NCBI GenBank assembly: GCA_964453785.1
Contig: CAYVRK010000013.1
Span: 25,370-89,369 of the forward strand
Length of the DNA: 64,000 bases
Direction: 5' to 3'
From: an uncultured Bacteroides sp.
GTDB lineage: Bacteria; Bacteroidota; Bacteroidia; Bacteroidales; GCA-2748055
Positions 60,486-64,000 of this stretch are shown here, one piece after another. Numbering within the stretch: the first letter of the stretch is position 1; every line of letters starts with the position of its first letter. The notes under the pieces were generated by a model. It did no database searches. It had not been told where the DNA came from and saw nothing but the letters and a program-made list of their open reading frames with translations. The translations under genes were made by a program, and so were the position numbers.

Positions 60486-61679
60486 ATGGTAGATCATACA
60501 CAACATCTTTACGAAATGCTGTCCATGGTGGATGGTTATATCTACCCCAACGAGATATCGCTTCAATGGGGTATTCTCATTGTCCTGTATCCCTATATCA
60601 CGGGCTTGGTCGCAGGCGCATTTATTCTGGCATCCCTTGAAAGGGTATTCAAGATCAAAGTCCTGGGACCCACCTACCAACTGGCACTTGTCACAGCCCT
60701 TGCATTTCTGATTTGTGCTCCCCTTCCCCTGATCTCCCATCTTGGGCACCCCGGAAGAGCCTATGAAATTATGATCACCCCCCATGGAAAATCGGCCATG
60801 GCTATCTTCGGATTTGTCTACCTCTGGTACCTGATGGTTGTGCTATTGCTGGAGATATGGTTCGATTACCGGCGCGATTTTGTGATATGGTCAAAGGAGA
60901 AAAAAGGGATCATGCGTATGGTATACAGAATTCTGAGTTTGGGAGTAAATGACATTTCACCAAAAGCCGTAAAGTGGGATGAAAGGCTTGGCTATATCAT
61001 CACTGTCATCGGCATTCCATCAGCCTTTCTTCTTCACGGTTACGTGGGTTTCATCTTTGGTTCCATCAAAGCAAATCCATGGTGGTCCACTGTGCTTATG
61101 CCTGTCATTTTCCTTTTCTCTGCCATGGTATCCGGAATAGCGCTGGTCATGGTGCTGTACATGATCGTCTCATGGATCCGCAAAGTCAAAATCGATATGG
61201 CATGCCTTGACATGGTGGCCAAATACCTGCTTTATATGCTCATCCTCGATTTCTCACTGGAATCGCTGGACCAGGTACACCGGATTTATGAAGCAGAGGA
61301 ATCATTTGACATATTACATATGCTTGTGAATGGCAAATTGTTCATTACCCTGTTTGGATTGCAGATCACACTGGGCATGGTTATTCCAATGGTCAGCATT
61401 GGTACGCTGCAGATCATAAAAGTCAGAGAGCAGGTGCGAAGGCCCATCTACATTGCAACGGGTCTGATGGTACTGGTAGGCATTTTCTTCATGCGTTGGA
61501 ACGTGGTTATCGGAGGCCAGCTATTTTCCAAAGGATTTCATGGATTTACCAGCTTCAAACTGGGCCTGGTGGGTTCGGAAGGCTTATTTATGGCCATAGT
61601 CTGGATAATCCTCCCTTTCCTGATTCTGGCATTTTTAATATGGTTGTTGCCTCCCTGGAAAAAGCAGGAACAACTCTGA
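60486..61679 (+). CDS. NrfD/PsrC-family integral membrane quinone-interacting subunit
   Basis: 397 aa with about 10 TM helices. The gene starts 1 nt after the FeS subunit stop. The NrfD-like N-terminus is WGILIVLYPYITGLVAGAFILASL. Confidence 0.85.
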   Translation: MVDHTQHLYEMLSMVDGYIYPNEISLQWGILIVLYPYITGLVAGAFILASLERVFKIKVLGPTYQLALVTALAFLICAPLPLISHLGHPGRAYEIMITPHGKSAMAIFGFVYLWYLMVVLLLEIWFDYRRDFVIWSKEKKGIMRMVYRILSLGVNDISPKAVKWDERLGYIITVIGIPSAFLLHGYVGFIFGSIKANPWWSTVLMPVIFLFSAMVSGIALVMVLYMIVSWIRKVKIDMACLDMVAKYLLYMLILDFSLESLDQVHRIYEAEESFDILHMLVNGKLFITLFGLQITLGMVIPMVSIGTLQIIKVREQVRRPIYIATGLMVLVGIFFMRWNVVIGGQLFSKGFHGFTSFKLGLVGSEGLFMAIVWIILPFLILAFLIWLLPPWKKQEQL

Positions 61680-61692
61680 ATCTTAAGCAGAT

Positions 61693-63360
61693 ATGATGAA
61701 AGAAAGTAATCGTCCCGATAATGAAGAAATCGTTCATCTGAAACAAAGGATCGCAGATCTTGAAAGTCGCATGTCCCGGATTGAACAAGATGTGACTGAT
61801 CCGGTCTTTTACAGATTAGGCAGATCTCATACCCAACAAACCGTAACGAACGAATCAGGTCTCGGGAAAGCCACAATCCATGACGATGTCATAGAATCTC
61901 GAATCGGCGAATATGGCATGGCATGGCTGGGGAATATTGTCCTTCTTTTTGGCATTCTTTTTCTGTCGCAATTTTTACAGAAAAACAACCAGGAGATCAT
62001 CTCCCTTATTTTTGGACTTGTTTCTATTGCAGTGGTATACCTGATTGGATATTATACCCGTAGATCCCTCCCTTATATGTCCAGGCTTTTCAGCTACAAC
62101 GGCCATCTCCTTCTGTTTATACAAGCTTTGAGAATCTGTATGTTCCAGGGAAGTAAAGTCATAGACAGTCCCGTCCTTGGACATGCGGTAGTCCTTTTGG
62201 TCCTCATTTCCTTGATATATATGGCTTACAGGAACAACTCCCATGTGCTGGCTGTCATTGTATGGCTGATGGTGGTTATTGCGGCCATTGCCAGTGGATC
62301 CACCCATTTCATGCTTCCCCTGATGGTTGGCATAACCGGATCTGCCATATTATTTGCCATCAGGAAAGGCTGGTGGACTGGCTTGATCATCTCTATTTTC
62401 CTTGTCTATTTCATATACCTGAACTGGATCCTGGGCAATCCGTTTATGAGCAAGTCATTTAAATTCATCTCCATCCATCAGTTGGGTTATGTGTATTTAT
62501 TTGCCTGCGCGCTCGCATATTCCCTCCTGGCACTTCTACCCGACTCGGAAAACCTTCCCAAAAATGCACTCAATCAAACCATCATTCTGAACGGACTTGG
62601 TTTTTCTTTCATTTTCACGCTGTCGGTCCTTGCCTTTTTTACCGAAAACTACTTTATCTACTTTGGCATCATTGCCGCCTTTTGCATTGGGTTCTCCATC
62701 TGGCTGCAACTGCGCGGAATCTGGAAATCAATAGCGGCCTTGTACGCCATCTACAGTTTTGTTTCATTGAGTATAACCATTGCCGGAATCTATCAATTCC
62801 CCCTGGCTTTTCTCCTGCTCTCCATCCAGAGTCTTCTGGTAGTCATCGTGGCTTTATGGTTCCGTTCGAGGTTTATGGTGATCATGAATACCATTCTGTT
62901 CATTGGCTTGTTGATCACCTACCTTGCTTCCGCCGAAATCCTGGATACCATCAACTTTTCATTCGCTCTTGTGGCGCTTGTTACAGCAAGAATTCTGAAT
63001 TGGAGAAAGCAACGGCTGGAGATACGTACCGAGCTGATCCGGAACATATTTCTGTTCGCCGGCGCTGTTATGGTCCTTTTCAGCCTTCAAAAGGCAGTAC
63101 CACCACACTTTGTTACCCTATCCTGGACTCTTGCTGCCATGCTATTCTTTTTACTCAGCATTGTTCTCGGAAACATGAAATACCGATGGCTCGCCATTAT
63201 TACCGTGATGATCACCGTATTTTACCTTTTCATTGTTGACCTCAGCAACATCAGTCTCGGCTACCGCATAGTCGCACTGATGTTCATATCCGCCATTTCA
63301 CTGGGTATCTCAATTTTCTATTCCAGGCGCCAGAAGGAGAGGGAAGAAGACCAGACCTGA
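61693..63360 (+). CDS. DUF2339-like polytopic membrane protein with an N-terminal coiled-coil
   Basis: 555 aa. The N-terminus is EEIVHLKQRIADLESRMSRIEQDV, followed by about 16 closely spaced TM helices. Confidence 0.7.
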   Translation: MMKESNRPDNEEIVHLKQRIADLESRMSRIEQDVTDPVFYRLGRSHTQQTVTNESGLGKATIHDDVIESRIGEYGMAWLGNIVLLFGILFLSQFLQKNNQEIISLIFGLVSIAVVYLIGYYTRRSLPYMSRLFSYNGHLLLFIQALRICMFQGSKVIDSPVLGHAVVLLVLISLIYMAYRNNSHVLAVIVWLMVVIAAIASGSTHFMLPLMVGITGSAILFAIRKGWWTGLIISIFLVYFIYLNWILGNPFMSKSFKFISIHQLGYVYLFACALAYSLLALLPDSENLPKNALNQTIILNGLGFSFIFTLSVLAFFTENYFIYFGIIAAFCIGFSIWLQLRGIWKSIAALYAIYSFVSLSITIAGIYQFPLAFLLLSIQSLLVVIVALWFRSRFMVIMNTILFIGLLITYLASAEILDTINFSFALVALVTARILNWRKQRLEIRTELIRNIFLFAGAVMVLFSLQKAVPPHFVTLSWTLAAMLFFLLSIVLGNMKYRWLAIITVMITVFYLFIVDLSNISLGYRIVALMFISAISLGISIFYSRRQKEREEDQT

Positions 63361-63364
63361 TCTT

Positions 63365-63721
63365 CTATTCACTGGTCTCCCCGTTGTTTCGGGGGGAAAG
63401 GAACAGGAAGTTATCACAGATAACTTCGGTGCTGTAGTGCTTGTTCCCCTCCTTGTCGTCCCAGGAATTGGTGGTGATCTTACCCTCCACATAAAGTGCA
63501 TCCCCCTTTTTCACATGGTTCTTCACAATCTCTGCTCCCTTGTTCCACACCACGATACGGTGCCACTCAGTTTTTGACACCTCCTCCCCCTCCTTGTTCC
63601 GGTAAAATTCATTGGTCGCCAGCGGAAAGTTGGCCACAAAAGCCTCCCCTTCCCGTTCTGAAACCCGTGGCTCATCACCCACATTTCCTACGAGTGTTAC
63701 CCTGTTTACTCCGTATTTCAT
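63365..63721 (-). CDS. ssb: Single-stranded DNA-binding protein (short form)
   Basis: 118 aa. OB-fold signature VNRVTLVGNVGDEPRV...TEWHRIVVWNKGAEIV. It lacks a long Gly-rich tail. Confidence 0.9.
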   Translation of the reverse strand: MKYGVNRVTLVGNVGDEPRVSEREGEAFVANFPLATNEFYRNKEGEEVSKTEWHRIVVWNKGAEIVKNHVKKGDALYVEGKITTNSWDDKEGNKHYSTEVICDNFLFLSPRNNGETSE

Positions 63722-63902
63722 AATGTTTAAGTTTTGGTTACAGGGGTTTATGTGATAAGTGGTGCTGAGATCGGTTATGCAACTTTTTGAAAATGCTTGC
63801 CCGATTGACTTAAGTACACATATTCAGTAATTTAGGAGAAACGACTCACCTCGCGAACTTAATCACTTGTTGTATGGTATACCTTAAATAAAACCAAATG
63901 CA

Positions 63903-64000
63903 ATGAAAAATTCCCTAGTTACAATTTTAACAGAACTTAGGAATGCTAATATCGCCGTACATGAGCCTATTGGCAAAGTAATAAAAGGATTATCCCGGGG
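63903..64000 (+). CDS. 5' end of an unidentified ORF running off the window
   Basis: The ATG at 63903 gives MKNSLVTILTELRNANIAVHEPIGKVIKGLSR... Only 32 codons are visible and no family can be assigned. Confidence 0.3.
   Translation, partial: MKNSLVTILTELRNANIAVHEPIGKVIKGLSR

Noticed and set aside
1-64000. Whole-window search for CRISPR arrays, IS elements, integrases, tRNA/rRNA genes, prophage genes or toxin-antitoxin pairs
   Set aside because: I found no regularly spaced direct repeats, no transposase, integrase or recombinase-like ORFs, no cloverleaf-capable intergenic segments, and no defence-system signature domains. The MORN/YwqK-like repeat protein has a signal peptide and no toxin partner, so I do not call it an antitoxin.

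Overview
This window looks like a chromosomal segment of a Bacteroidota genome. Supporting signs are a T9SS C-terminal sorting domain, ECF-sigma/FecR pairs, a MurF-Alr fusion, a PASTA-only protein next to rluD-ddl, and DUF2807/DUF4136-type lipoproteins. It is gene-dense, with about 60 protein genes. I saw no rRNA, tRNA, CRISPR array, transposase or integrase.

The housekeeping content is clear: murF/alr, tdk, rsmI, dnaB, ispE, an acyl-CoA carboxyltransferase with a biotin carrier, lptF/G, tgt, rsmG, rpmH (52 aa, missing from the ORF track), rluD, ddl, a complete trpEGDCFBA operon, mscL, groES, dcp, pcm, gcvP and ssb.

The items most worth a second look are:
1. 34.7-41.7 kb: a divergent gene cluster that reads like a chaperone-usher-type surface-fibre locus. 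It has two paralogous secreted subunits, a 998-aa outer-membrane protein, a PapD-like periplasmic protein, a MORN-repeat protein and a lipoprotein. None of these shows the lipobox or T9SS signals typical of known Bacteroidota pili.
2. 58.7-63.4 kb: a Cys-rich MerR regulator divergent from a tetraheme cytochrome c / NrfC-like / NrfD-like module with no catalytic subunit, followed by a DUF2339 membrane protein.
3. 43.2-48.0 kb: an ECF sigma / FecR / STN-domain cluster in which the STN protein lacks a TonB-dependent barrel and has a paralog just upstream.
4. 33.69-33.83 kb: an unannotated trp leader peptide (MIQIRTNWWWQTFFRQAGD) followed by an intrinsic terminator 17 nt upstream of trpE.

All functional calls come from motif recognition by eye. 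No database search, RNA folding or composition calculation was run.
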